Source: a virus (Duplodnaviria; Caudoviricetes). From it: a stretch of 43,623 nt of DNA. Under the pieces are notes generated by a model. The model made no database searches and was not told the DNA's origin. It worked only from the letters and a program-made list of their open reading frames with translations. The stretch is from IMG/VR virus record IMGVR_UViG_3300011439_000031, positions 1-43,623 of that record. One strand, given 5' to 3'. This document shows, in pieces, positions 35,379 to 43,230 of this stretch (its first letter is position 1; every line of letters begins with the position of its first letter). Both the position numbers and the translations under genes were made by a program.

Positions 35379-35927
35379 ATGTCCGGACGAGACTATTCTT
35401 GGAGGGACGACAGCTTGTGCAAACTGCTGCATCTAGACCCTCAAATTTTCTATGCTTCTGAACGACAACCTCAACTTCGCGCTCAGGCAAAGGAGGTATG
35501 TAAACGTTGTGGTGTTAAACAAGAGTGTTTAGAAAACGCTCTAAGAAATGAAGAGTTTGGAATATGGGGAGGGATGGATGAGCATGAACGATCTAATTAC
35601 CGCGTGAACCGGTACCTAGCGGCAAGGCGTGAAGAACTTTCACAGCGTAGTAAACAGCGTGAGCAACAGCATCTTGAGAGTGTGTCCCTTTCTTCCCCGG
35701 TACGTATTTTAATCCCGCCCATCCGAAACCCATTGGCTTTATCGCCGGCTCCTGTAGAACAAACTTTCGATCTTCCATCTCTGCTACACCTTGTATTAGA
35801 CCGATCACCCGTACAGGTTCCATCGAGTTCCAATCAAAAGCCCCTGTACGAGCGCGGTTCGGCCGAACTAGAAAGTTCTCGCATATTACTACATCGCATT
35901 CTTTTACCAACTGTAGTACCTGGTTAG
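35379..35927 (+). CDS. whiB: WhiB-family Fe-S transcription factor with long C-terminal extension
   Basis: W...LC...F...AKEVCKRCGVKQECLENAL...FGIWGG...ER; start reassigned to ATG 35379. Confidence 0.9.
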   Translation: MSGRDYSWRDDSLCKLLHLDPQIFYASERQPQLRAQAKEVCKRCGVKQECLENALRNEEFGIWGGMDEHERSNYRVNRYLAARREELSQRSKQREQQHLESVSLSSPVRILIPPIRNPLALSPAPVEQTFDLPSLLHLVLDRSPVQVPSSSNQKPLYERGSAELESSRILLHRILLPTVVPG

Positions 35928-36036
35928 CCTTAATCTCACGAATTTGATCTGTGTGAAGTAGAGTTAGTTTCTTATCCTCTAGTTCTACTAGAGCTACGCC
36001 GGTTGTCTTTCCTGGGTCGAATGCGAGCAGTTTCAT
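35593..36036 (-). CDS. RuvC-like Holliday junction resolvase
   Basis: LLAFDPGKTTGVA, VVICE.F, HSQDAVAHA. Confidence 0.8.
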   Translation of the reverse strand: MKLLAFDPGKTTGVALVELEDKKLTLLHTDQIREIKANQVLQLVKECDVVICENFLVRPNRARTGAFDWNSMEPVRVIGLIQGVAEMEDRKFVLQEPAIKPMGFGWAGLKYVPGKKGTHSQDAVAHAVYYAVKVLHALPLGTGSRGN

Positions 36037-36334
36037 CTAGTCCTTTTATTTTTGGTTCTACTACTTTCAGTATCTCTTCTGCTAACTCATAAGTAAGTTC
36101 ATGAGTTATTATACTCAAAAGTTCCTCTGGACCCATAGCTTGTATTACCTGATTAGATATGTTTACTTCTGTTTTAATAGACGTGTAGCCAATATGATCT
36201 TGCCAGTCTGGGAAGTTTTCATTTAACCAGTCTATCCCTTCTTGATCCATAGAAACTAACTGAATAGAGCCAGTTACTCTAACCATATCCATATCAAATA
36301 CGTTATGTTGATCTACTTGGCCCTTAATAGTCAC
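35972..36334 (-). CDS. Hypothetical protein
   Basis: Operon packing. Confidence 0.6.
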   Translation of the reverse strand: MTIKGQVDQHNVFDMDMVRVTGSIQLVSMDQEGIDWLNENFPDWQDHIGYTSIKTEVNISNQVIQAMGPEELLSIITHELTYELAEEILKVVEPKIKGLDETARIRPRKDNRRSSSRTRG

Positions 36335-36338
36335 GGCT

Positions 36339-36719
36339 TTAACATTTCCTTGCTGTTGTCCAGGCTCTCCAGCCTTGGGTCTTGTAGATTAAGAGTGCCG
36401 CTTTCAAGTTACGACGTGGATTATATAGGTCGTGTGGGAAACGAATAATTCCCTTTTTCATCAGATATTTGTTGTTGGCACCATTAATTTGAGCTAACCC
36501 TCTTGACCCGCCATGCGGGTCATTTCCATTATATGCCCTAGGATTTCCACGACTCTCTCTACTTATGATACAGGACAACCTGTGCCATTGTGAACTCTTC
36601 CAACCAACTGCTAAAGCTGTACTTCTCCATCGGGAGGCTAAAGGATAATGAGCCTCAGCTTCATTTGCGGGTACTACTAGACACGTACTTAATACTAGCC
36701 CGGTTATTAGTTTCTTCAA
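36339..36719 (-). CDS. Secreted lytic transglycosylase (SLT/Rpf-like lysozyme fold)
   Basis: Signal peptide ending AEA; CIISRES.GNP, SRGLAQIN, LYNP..N..AA..IY...GWRAW. Confidence 0.85.
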   Translation of the reverse strand: MKKLITGLVLSTCLVVPANEAEAHYPLASRWRSTALAVGWKSSQWHRLSCIISRESRGNPRAYNGNDPHGGSRGLAQINGANNKYLMKKGIIRFPHDLYNPRRNLKAALLIYKTQGWRAWTTARKC

Positions 36720-38365
36720 TTTAGTCTCTTTCTGTCGGTTGTGAACCTTAAGTCAAAGATCGGCTCAGTCCACTCTTCACAAATTTGTTGGGCTTTTTTA
36801 ACTTCATCTTCTGAACTGACTTGCAACCAAACACTGTCATGTACTTGGCAACGCTGATCGAAGCCAGCTTCTTCTAGTTTTATCATTGAACGTTTCACTA
36901 TCTCGAAAGCTCCACCTTGGATAAGAGAATTAAATGCTTTCCGGTGCTCGTATTGCTGTTTGAAATGGCGACGGCGACCACCCCACATTTGAACCCAATT
37001 CAGTTCATCAGCGGCCCGTTCTGCCCTGTACATGCACTTAAATAGCTCCCTGTACAGTTCCTTGTACTTCTTCAAGTACTTAGATGCTGTCTGCTCTGAG
37101 ACTCCAAGTTGCTGAGATAACTTTCTTTGTGAGCCACCGTAGATAATCAGAAAGTTGATGGTCTTTGCATCTTGTCTGGAAATTCCCAGTTCATTAGCTG
37201 TGGTCTGATGCACGTCACCTTCGGCCTTGAATGTTTCAAGCAATCCAGGCTCTTCTGAATACACGGCTGCAAGTCGCATCTCAATATTCTTATAGTCAAT
37301 CTCCCACAACTGGTAACCCGGATCAGGCAGGAATAGTTTTTTAACCTTTCCGTCTCTGGGTATCTGTTGTAGATTTGGATCTGCGCAAGATAGACGACCC
37401 GTAACCGTCCCATGTTGTTTAAACCCCGCATGAAGTCTGCCATCAGATTTAGTCATTTCTAGGTAGGGAATGTAATAGCCCGTTAGCTGCTTATTAAGCT
37501 TCCTAAACTCTAGAATTAAACCACAGATAGGATGATTAGAAGTTTCTAGAAAGTCGTCATTCACTTGTGCTCGCCCTGTTGGTGTACGTGTGAGTACCTT
37601 CAATCCTAGACCAAAAGGCGGCTCGTCAAATAGCTTCTGTTGAAGAGTATTTGACTTAGCTGGGTCAAAGCCAATCAGAGAGATTAGTTCCTTAAGTCTC
37701 TCTTCACAACGAATTTTTAGTTCAGCCGCCATCTTCCTATCTACCAACATACCCCGTTCTTCAAGACGCTGTAAGACTAGAAGGAACTCTCTATCTACTT
37801 TCCATACTTCCTCGTACTCTAGGAAATACGGCTTTAGCTTATGGTATAGGTCTAGTGTAATCCTAGCGTCTTGCTTAGCATAACGAGCCATAGCAAATGA
37901 GGGAACGTCGTTCCATTTAACTGACTTCATAAGTTTAGCCATAGCTAAGTCTTTACCTACACCAAGTAACTCCGTGGCTAGATCCTCTAGGCTGTAGCCA
38001 AATAACTTGTTCTCATCAATGAGATGAGCCATCAGCATTGTATCATAGAACTCTTTAGGAGGCTGTACACCTGCCTTCTTCAAGATTTGTAGGTCGAACT
38101 TAGCGTTATGAAAGACTACTGGAACATTCAAAGAACTAAGTAGGTCTGCAGGCGGCTGTACGTTTTGCTCGTTTTTTATCATCCACGTTTCGTGACGTAC
38201 AGGTATGTAGAACTCTTCGTCATCAGTCGCTAAAGCTATTCCCATACAGTAACGTTCGTTCCAATTATTAGTCCAGTTCGTCTCAGTATCACAACTTACC
38301 TCTGAGATTGAACCTGTCAGCTTCTCCTGTAGGACTCTCAGTAGTTCCAAGTCGTTGACCAACAC
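36716..38365 (-). CDS. polA: Family A DNA polymerase with 3'-5' exonuclease
   Basis: DTET, FHNAKFD, YAKQD; TGRLS..PNLQQIP, DYKNIEMR, R..AKTINF..IYG, QVHDS. Confidence 0.95.
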   Translation of the reverse strand: MLVNDLELLRVLQEKLTGSISEVSCDTETNWTNNWNERYCMGIALATDDEEFYIPVRHETWMIKNEQNVQPPADLLSSLNVPVVFHNAKFDLQILKKAGVQPPKEFYDTMLMAHLIDENKLFGYSLEDLATELLGVGKDLAMAKLMKSVKWNDVPSFAMARYAKQDARITLDLYHKLKPYFLEYEEVWKVDREFLLVLQRLEERGMLVDRKMAAELKIRCEERLKELISLIGFDPAKSNTLQQKLFDEPPFGLGLKVLTRTPTGRAQVNDDFLETSNHPICGLILEFRKLNKQLTGYYIPYLEMTKSDGRLHAGFKQHGTVTGRLSCADPNLQQIPRDGKVKKLFLPDPGYQLWEIDYKNIEMRLAAVYSEEPGLLETFKAEGDVHQTTANELGISRQDAKTINFLIIYGGSQRKLSQQLGVSEQTASKYLKKYKELYRELFKCMYRAERAADELNWVQMWGGRRRHFKQQYEHRKAFNSLIQGGAFEIVKRSMIKLEEAGFDQRCQVHDSVWLQVSSEDEVKKAQQICEEWTEPIFDLRFTTDRKRLN

Positions 38366-39929
38366 TTCTCACCTCAAAAGTTAGGTTTTCAGTTCTTCTA
38401 ATAGGTAGTTCAAATAGAGGACCAAAGCGATTCTTTAACACTTTAAAGTTCAGCAGGCTACCTTCGCCGTACAGGGAGATAACAGTACTGGCTACAGTCA
38501 ACGGATACATAGCCCCGTAGCTATCTTTAAGAGTCGGGCCATCTTTAGCATCATAACTAGTCTTTGTAACGTGATGGATAAAGATAACTGCTGAGTCTCC
38601 ACTCACTTGAATTATTGAATCAACGGCCTGCTTAAGTAGTTCTTCATCCTTAAGACTTGGAACCATCTGGACCAAACTGTCTACTATGAACAAGTGAGGT
38701 TTGTATTTATCTAACAAAGTTCTTATTGACTGTAAGCCATGAGTGATTTCAGGAAAGGCTAGAGTGAAGTTATCTCCTCCCTTGATACCACTTAGTCCTT
38801 TGTGTTGTTTCTCCAAGAAAACCCTTAATAAAGTCCTGTGTATCTCCTTGGAGAAGAAGAGAACTTTTATTGGTTCTTGTCCTTCACCGGAAAACACCGG
38901 TTGACCTGCTGCTAGTAACCGTCCAAGCCATAATCCTAGTTGAGTTTTACCTACACCTGGCTGACCTACTAAGACTCCCATCTCACCCGCTGGAAGTAAC
39001 CCTGGAATGATCCAGTGAATATCAGGCTCTTGTAAGGCTAGCAACTCTGTCAGGGAGTAAGCTTCTACCTGTAGTGCAGAAACAATTGGCAGTATGACCT
39101 TAGCTGCGATACTAGCTAACCGCTCCAATCGGTCATTTCTATCAGCGTACTTTCGTACTCGCTCGTCTAAAACGTACAGGGTGCTGAAGATTTCTTGTTC
39201 TTCAAAACCCATCCGAGCTAAATCGGCAGCTACTTTAAAGTAAAAGGTAGACCTGTCGCCTTCCTTTACTTGATACTTCTCAACACGTCGAGTTATATCA
39301 AGAGGAAGTCGAGACTTAAGAGCCGACCAATCTAGAACATCTGCCGCTATAAAGACCTTTGGCTTAGCTATTATTCGCTCAGCACTATCAAAGTCTTTAG
39401 TCGAATGTACAGAGGTTAGATCGATCTTCAGAATGGTAACAGGTACAGGCTCCCCACTTTTGTAATTGAAAGTCTCAGGTGGGCGAAGTACACGGTTAGC
39501 ATTCCAACAAGCAATGTCGGCATCTAGATGATGGGCAAGGCGAAAGGTAACTTCTTCAATAGCCGCTACCTCAGTAAGAGTCTCAACTTTCCAGTAACAG
39601 TGAATATTTTGGACTCCCGAACTCTGGATCATTAAATCCGGCTCAGGGATTCCCTTCCAATCACCAGTAAAGTTACCATCAAACTCACACCAAACAACTT
39701 GTGTACTCTGGACTTCCTCTCGAAGTCCAGAGCGTTTATTGAAGAGACTAGTACCTATGTGTACATCTGCTACACGACTTTGTGTGCGGATAAAGTCAGT
39801 GAGTTCTCTCTGTTGACGAGGCCACTCAAACCATTCGGTTTTCCATTCGCCGTTAGGTCTAGTTGGTACATAGACATGGCCTACATTCTTACCATAGAGA
39901 AAGTCTAAGTAGGTCTCTAGTTCTTTCAC
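38289..39929 (-). CDS. Primase-helicase (RepB-like primase plus RecA-fold AAA_25 helicase)
   Basis: VWCEFD, SSG..N.HCYW, NRVLRPPETFN; GQPGVGKT, IVDS, IHH, KNRFGP. Confidence 0.85.
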   Translation of the reverse strand: MKELETYLDFLYGKNVGHVYVPTRPNGEWKTEWFEWPRQQRELTDFIRTQSRVADVHIGTSLFNKRSGLREEVQSTQVVWCEFDGNFTGDWKGIPEPDLMIQSSGVQNIHCYWKVETLTEVAAIEEVTFRLAHHLDADIACWNANRVLRPPETFNYKSGEPVPVTILKIDLTSVHSTKDFDSAERIIAKPKVFIAADVLDWSALKSRLPLDITRRVEKYQVKEGDRSTFYFKVAADLARMGFEEQEIFSTLYVLDERVRKYADRNDRLERLASIAAKVILPIVSALQVEAYSLTELLALQEPDIHWIIPGLLPAGEMGVLVGQPGVGKTQLGLWLGRLLAAGQPVFSGEGQEPIKVLFFSKEIHRTLLRVFLEKQHKGLSGIKGGDNFTLAFPEITHGLQSIRTLLDKYKPHLFIVDSLVQMVPSLKDEELLKQAVDSIIQVSGDSAVIFIHHVTKTSYDAKDGPTLKDSYGAMYPLTVASTVISLYGEGSLLNFKVLKNRFGPLFELPIRRTENLTFEVRSVGQRLGTTESPTGEADRFNLRGKL

Positions 39930-39930
39930 G

Positions 39931-40188
39931 TCACTCTTCTAACTCCTGTCTATAAACATAAACATCTGGACGATTATAAAGTAACTGATAGGCTAAACAT
40001 TCTGCCGTATCAGATACATTAAAACGAATCTTCTTATATCGTATAAATGAATCAGGATCATTATCCTGGTCGTAAAATCTAGCCGTAAAGTTAGTGTAGA
40101 CAGGTATGTAGATATGAGTAACCCTATAGGGACATTCCATACTCTGAATTATGTCATCATCCCTAGAAAGAAGAATGCATAAAGGCAT
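39931..40188 (-). CDS. Hypothetical protein (likely start ATG 40188)
   Basis: Start follows the stop of the small membrane ORF. Confidence 0.5.
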   Translation of the reverse strand: MPLCILLSRDDDIIQSMECPYRVTHIYIPVYTNFTARFYDQDNDPDSFIRYKKIRFNVSDTAECLAYQLLYNRPDVYVYRQELEE

Positions 40189-40189
40189 A

Positions 40190-40330
40190 TCATCTCTTGA
40201 TAATCCAGATGAGCAGAGCGATAATCGCCAGCACAACAAGGACTACTATTAGAAGGTTGGTAGTACCAGTAGTTTCAGCAAGTACACTAGACTGCAAACC
40301 AAAGAACAGGGCGAAGATTGCCTGAATCAT
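40190..40330 (-). CDS. 46 aa membrane protein (absent from the track)
   Basis: MIQAIFALFFGLQSSVLAETTGTTNLLIVVLVVLAIIALLIWIIKR; GGAG RBS; ATGA coupling. Confidence 0.7.
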   Translation of the reverse strand: MIQAIFALFFGLQSSVLAETTGTTNLLIVVLVVLAIIALLIWIIKR

Positions 40331-40500
40331 TTAACTCTCCTTATATTACGACGAAACCAACAACGGAATCGTCCTTTGCGAGTTGATTTATCTATGAACT
40401 TAACAGCCTTTCCGTCCTTAGTTATTAAGGCTCCTGGATCAGTTGGGTCATACCAACCTTTTAGGTTTGGTAAATCTTTTGGAGACCACTCTTTATTCAT
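40327..40500 (-). CDS. 57 aa protein resembling the start of a LamG-like fibre domain (absent from the track)
   Basis: MNKEWSPKDLPNLKGWYDPTDPGALITKDGKAVKFIDKSTRK...; ATGA coupling at both ends. Confidence 0.65.
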   Translation of the reverse strand: MNKEWSPKDLPNLKGWYDPTDPGALITKDGKAVKFIDKSTRKGRFRCWFRRNIRRVK

Positions 40501-40763
40501 GGACGCGATTCTCTCAACTCTGTGATAATGACTCCTGCCAATTGTTCTGGCAAATCTAATTTACGGATTGCACGCCAAGTCGCTGCATCTTGTTCTGCTG
40601 CCTCAGCAACACTCAACCACTGCATCGCCATAGTACGTACCGTTTCAGGATCAAGCTGCCCAACCATTAATATACCATTAGTGGCATTAGTGGCAACAGT
40701 CACGAACGGCTCACCCTTTTCGTTAACACCAGATGTAAGATTTACAGCTTGAAGTTCATTCAT
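40497..40763 (-). CDS. Hypothetical protein
   Basis: 88 aa ORF whose start abuts the tRNA-like element. Confidence 0.7.
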   Translation of the reverse strand: MNELQAVNLTSGVNEKGEPFVTVATNATNGILMVGQLDPETVRTMAMQWLSVAEAAEQDAATWRAIRKLDLPEQLAGVIITELRESRP

Positions 40764-40845
40764 AGTGAAGGCGGCAGGAATCGAACCTGCATAGAAACTC
40801 CTGTTGGCGGGGAGTATCTCCTATATTACACCAGTAATCGCCCTC
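40763..40845 (-). ncRNA. tRNA-like / tmRNA-TLD-like RNA with G3-U70 and no canonical anticodon arm
   Basis: GAGGGCG/CGCCTTC acceptor stem, T arm GCAGG-TTCGATT-CCTGC, 3' ACTA. Confidence 0.7.
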
Positions 40846-40849
40846 AGGT

Positions 40850-40899
40850 GAGGGAAGGTAGAAGAAACCTGAGAGGTGGCTGAACTTCTACCTTCCCTC
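40850..40899. repeat. 15-bp perfect inverted repeat downstream of the SSB gene
   Basis: GAGGGAAGGTAGAAG-N20-CTTCTACCTTCCCTC. Confidence 0.85.
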
Positions 40900-40929
40900 G
40901 ATCTATTTATTCACATAGAAAGGGTCCAG

Positions 40930-41349
40930 TCAAAACGGCTGATCTTCTGTTTGGAAGGGAAGGATAAAGTACGAAATGCGGTTCTGCTTCCTATCTGGAT
41001 CACGGTTATCTGGACGAACGCCAACATGGGCCTCAAAGTTACGGCCAATCATATCCTCGTCGTCCAACTCAAAATCATCTTCCAAAGGTGCGCCCATAAT
41101 GGCTTCGCACATCACCCTTGCATATGGAAGCTGATCGCCGAGCAAACCCTGGAAATGAAGAACACGGCGTCCCTCATATTCCCCGCTGGTAACTTCAAAC
41201 ACGCAATGAGCAACCTTCTGATTTGGGTTGTTCGCTGCATCCTTAACCTTGAAGTCGGAAACTACCAGTTCGTAGTCTGCCTCAGGAATAGGAAGAAACC
41301 CTCCCTGTGTTGGCCGATCTACCCCGCTGAAATTCAAATTAATTGCCAT
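40930..41349 (-). CDS. Single-stranded DNA-binding protein (DUF669-like)
   Basis: F.PIPEADY, FEVTSGEYEGRR, acidic tail EDQPF; adjacent to the AAA ATPase. Confidence 0.75.
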   Translation of the reverse strand: MAINLNFSGVDRPTQGGFLPIPEADYELVVSDFKVKDAANNPNQKVAHCVFEVTSGEYEGRRVLHFQGLLGDQLPYARVMCEAIMGAPLEDDFELDDEDMIGRNFEAHVGVRPDNRDPDRKQNRISYFILPFQTEDQPF

Positions 41350-41351
41350 GA

Positions 41352-42038
41352 CTAGATTTGCTCCTTGAAGATAGTGTCAAAAGTGGGATTGGTTAGTGAT
41401 TCAGTTATGTTGAGTCTGTTCTTGGCAAAGTACTTGCCCTGACTGTTGAAATGCATTACTTGCTCTAGAGCTTTGTTAGCTCCAGACCTTAACTCGACAT
41501 AGGCAACTACATTAATAAGTCCACCTATGGCGTCCCGTAACCTTGGTGTTAGGTCGGGTAAGATTGCTGTGATACGCTTTGTCTCGTCGTCTATGAATAC
41601 TTTCTCATGTGCGATAATTATAACGTGGCGCTCGCACATTTGCAACTCATAGAACAACTCGTCCATAACGTTGCCAGAACGTCGGTAGTCCGCTTGATAA
41701 GGGAGATACACGTCACGGCTTGAGTTCTTCCTTGCTGCTTCAAGCATTTGTTCCGAAAGTTGGAAGATCTGTAACCGTGTAGCTGTGTCAAAGACTAGTG
41801 TCTCGTATGGTCCTTTCAAGAAGATCTTGACGGCATCCTGTACATCTTTCATAGATTTAGGCTTGACGTGTTCTATGTGGCCCATTCCTATGTGACGTAA
41901 CGTATCGGTACTTCGTTCCATATCTATCCAGAAAGGGTTAGGGGCTGTACTGGCGAACGTCGTTTTTCGAGTCCCTCCCTTTCCGTAGATCATAGCCTTA
42001 AAGAACTCTAGGCTATCGTCAATCTTTTCTACTTTCAA
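41352..42038 (-). CDS. AAA_24 / Sak4-like ATPase
   Basis: IYGKGGTRKTTFA, IDME, LVFDT, IIAHE, AKNR. Confidence 0.8.
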   Translation of the reverse strand: MKVEKIDDSLEFFKAMIYGKGGTRKTTFASTAPNPFWIDMERSTDTLRHIGMGHIEHVKPKSMKDVQDAVKIFLKGPYETLVFDTATRLQIFQLSEQMLEAARKNSSRDVYLPYQADYRRSGNVMDELFYELQMCERHVIIIAHEKVFIDDETKRITAILPDLTPRLRDAIGGLINVVAYVELRSGANKALEQVMHFNSQGKYFAKNRLNITESLTNPTFDTIFKEQI

Positions 42039-42280
42039 GTATCTACTTCCTCTCCGTAGGTCAAAAAGACCTCGTGGATCGTGATCTTCTTACCGTTAGC
42101 TCTATATTCCTCAATTCTGTGGAATCCCTGCTCCAGTTCTACTTCCAAGACTAGGGATGACGAATCTGGGTACTCGATTGTCACCTTGCTTACTGCTCTT
42201 GTCTGTAGGGGTACTTTCTTTGTTAGTTTCTTGGGTGCTAGGTTCAGTCCCGGTAGTTGGAGTTGTTGGTAGTTGGACAC
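42035..42280 (-). CDS. Hypothetical protein overlapping the nuclease tail
   Basis: AAGGA RBS before GTG; TTGA coupling to the ATPase. Confidence 0.6.
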   Translation of the reverse strand: MSNYQQLQLPGLNLAPKKLTKKVPLQTRAVSKVTIEYPDSSSLVLEVELEQGFHRIEEYRANGKKITIHEVFLTYGEEVDT

Positions 42281-43166
42281 TGTAATTCCTTGTAATTTTC
42301 TCGTAGGAGGATCGGATTAGATCCCCAGTTGGGAAACCTCTTAGTGCTAGGTCACAGATTGGATTGTACTGACACGCTGTACAGTGTTCACCGTAGTTTT
42401 CTACTGGTGGCATGTTTAACATTCTATCTGCTTGCTCTAACAAATACTCCCAATACCTACGAATCGAGTGCTCCGTATGTTGGTGTCGAAGAAGCTTGAA
42501 TCGTTCTTCGATAGGCGGAGGAGTTCGCTTGTAGTTGTACGAGTTGACGTAGTTAATCTCAACATCCAGCGCCATTTCTCCACTAATTTGCCAGTACACG
42601 GCGCTGTAGAAAAGAAGCTGTGGGTTGAGCTTTAGTTTACCCTGATGCCAGTTCTTCGGTTGTGCTCCTGTCTTGTGATCCCTTACACGAAGTCTACCTT
42701 GTCTATCCCTATAAATCAAGTCTGCGTAACCATTTAGGATAACTTCTTTGCCACTTGGTAGAGTGACTTGGTACTCTAGGAAATCCTCTACTTCAAGGAC
42801 TTTGATTCCACGATCAATATTAGGCGACTGAAACTTTACGTAGTCCCGAACCATCCGAGTAACGAGAGCTACAAGCTCTACGTTCTCTGTTGTGATTTCA
42901 TCAAAGCTACGTTTCAGACGAGAGTCCATGTAGTCAATTACAAACTGACTACCTGGCTTCTGCCCTTCCCTAAGTAGTTGGTAGTACACATGGAGTAGTT
43001 CGTGGAAGTAACCTCCTATTTCAAAAACTCTTCTTGTGCCTGGTCGCTTGATCTTCTGTATATACCCGAATTCCCACTCTTTTGAACATGAGATCCAGGT
43101 TGACATTTGGCTTGGACTTATCCTGGGTAAATCTTCTGTCGTTACCATTTCCTGTTGTGCAACCAA
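42111..43166 (-). CDS. PD-(D/E)XK (Cas4/RecB-like) exonuclease
   Basis: ISPSQ....C, G..FHE, GYADL...RDHKTG, QLLFY, C..C.Y..IC. Confidence 0.88.
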   Translation of the reverse strand: MVAQQEMVTTEDLPRISPSQMSTWISCSKEWEFGYIQKIKRPGTRRVFEIGGYFHELLHVYYQLLREGQKPGSQFVIDYMDSRLKRSFDEITTENVELVALVTRMVRDYVKFQSPNIDRGIKVLEVEDFLEYQVTLPSGKEVILNGYADLIYRDRQGRLRVRDHKTGAQPKNWHQGKLKLNPQLLFYSAVYWQISGEMALDVEINYVNSYNYKRTPPPIEERFKLLRHQHTEHSIRRYWEYLLEQADRMLNMPPVENYGEHCTACQYNPICDLALRGFPTGDLIRSSYEKITRNYSVQLPTTPTTGTEPSTQETNKESTPTDKSSKQGDNRVPRFVIPSLGSRTGAGIPQN

Positions 43167-43230
43167 TCTTTAATAGCGCAAATTGAAATATACAGGATGA
43201 TGACTCCTATTGAGTATGTTCCTGCGTACA

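Noticed and set aside
40763-40800. attP remnant for integration into a tRNA/ssrA 3' end
   Set aside because: No integrase is seen, and the matching 5' acceptor strand is retained, which favours a folded RNA; a gene outside the window cannot be excluded
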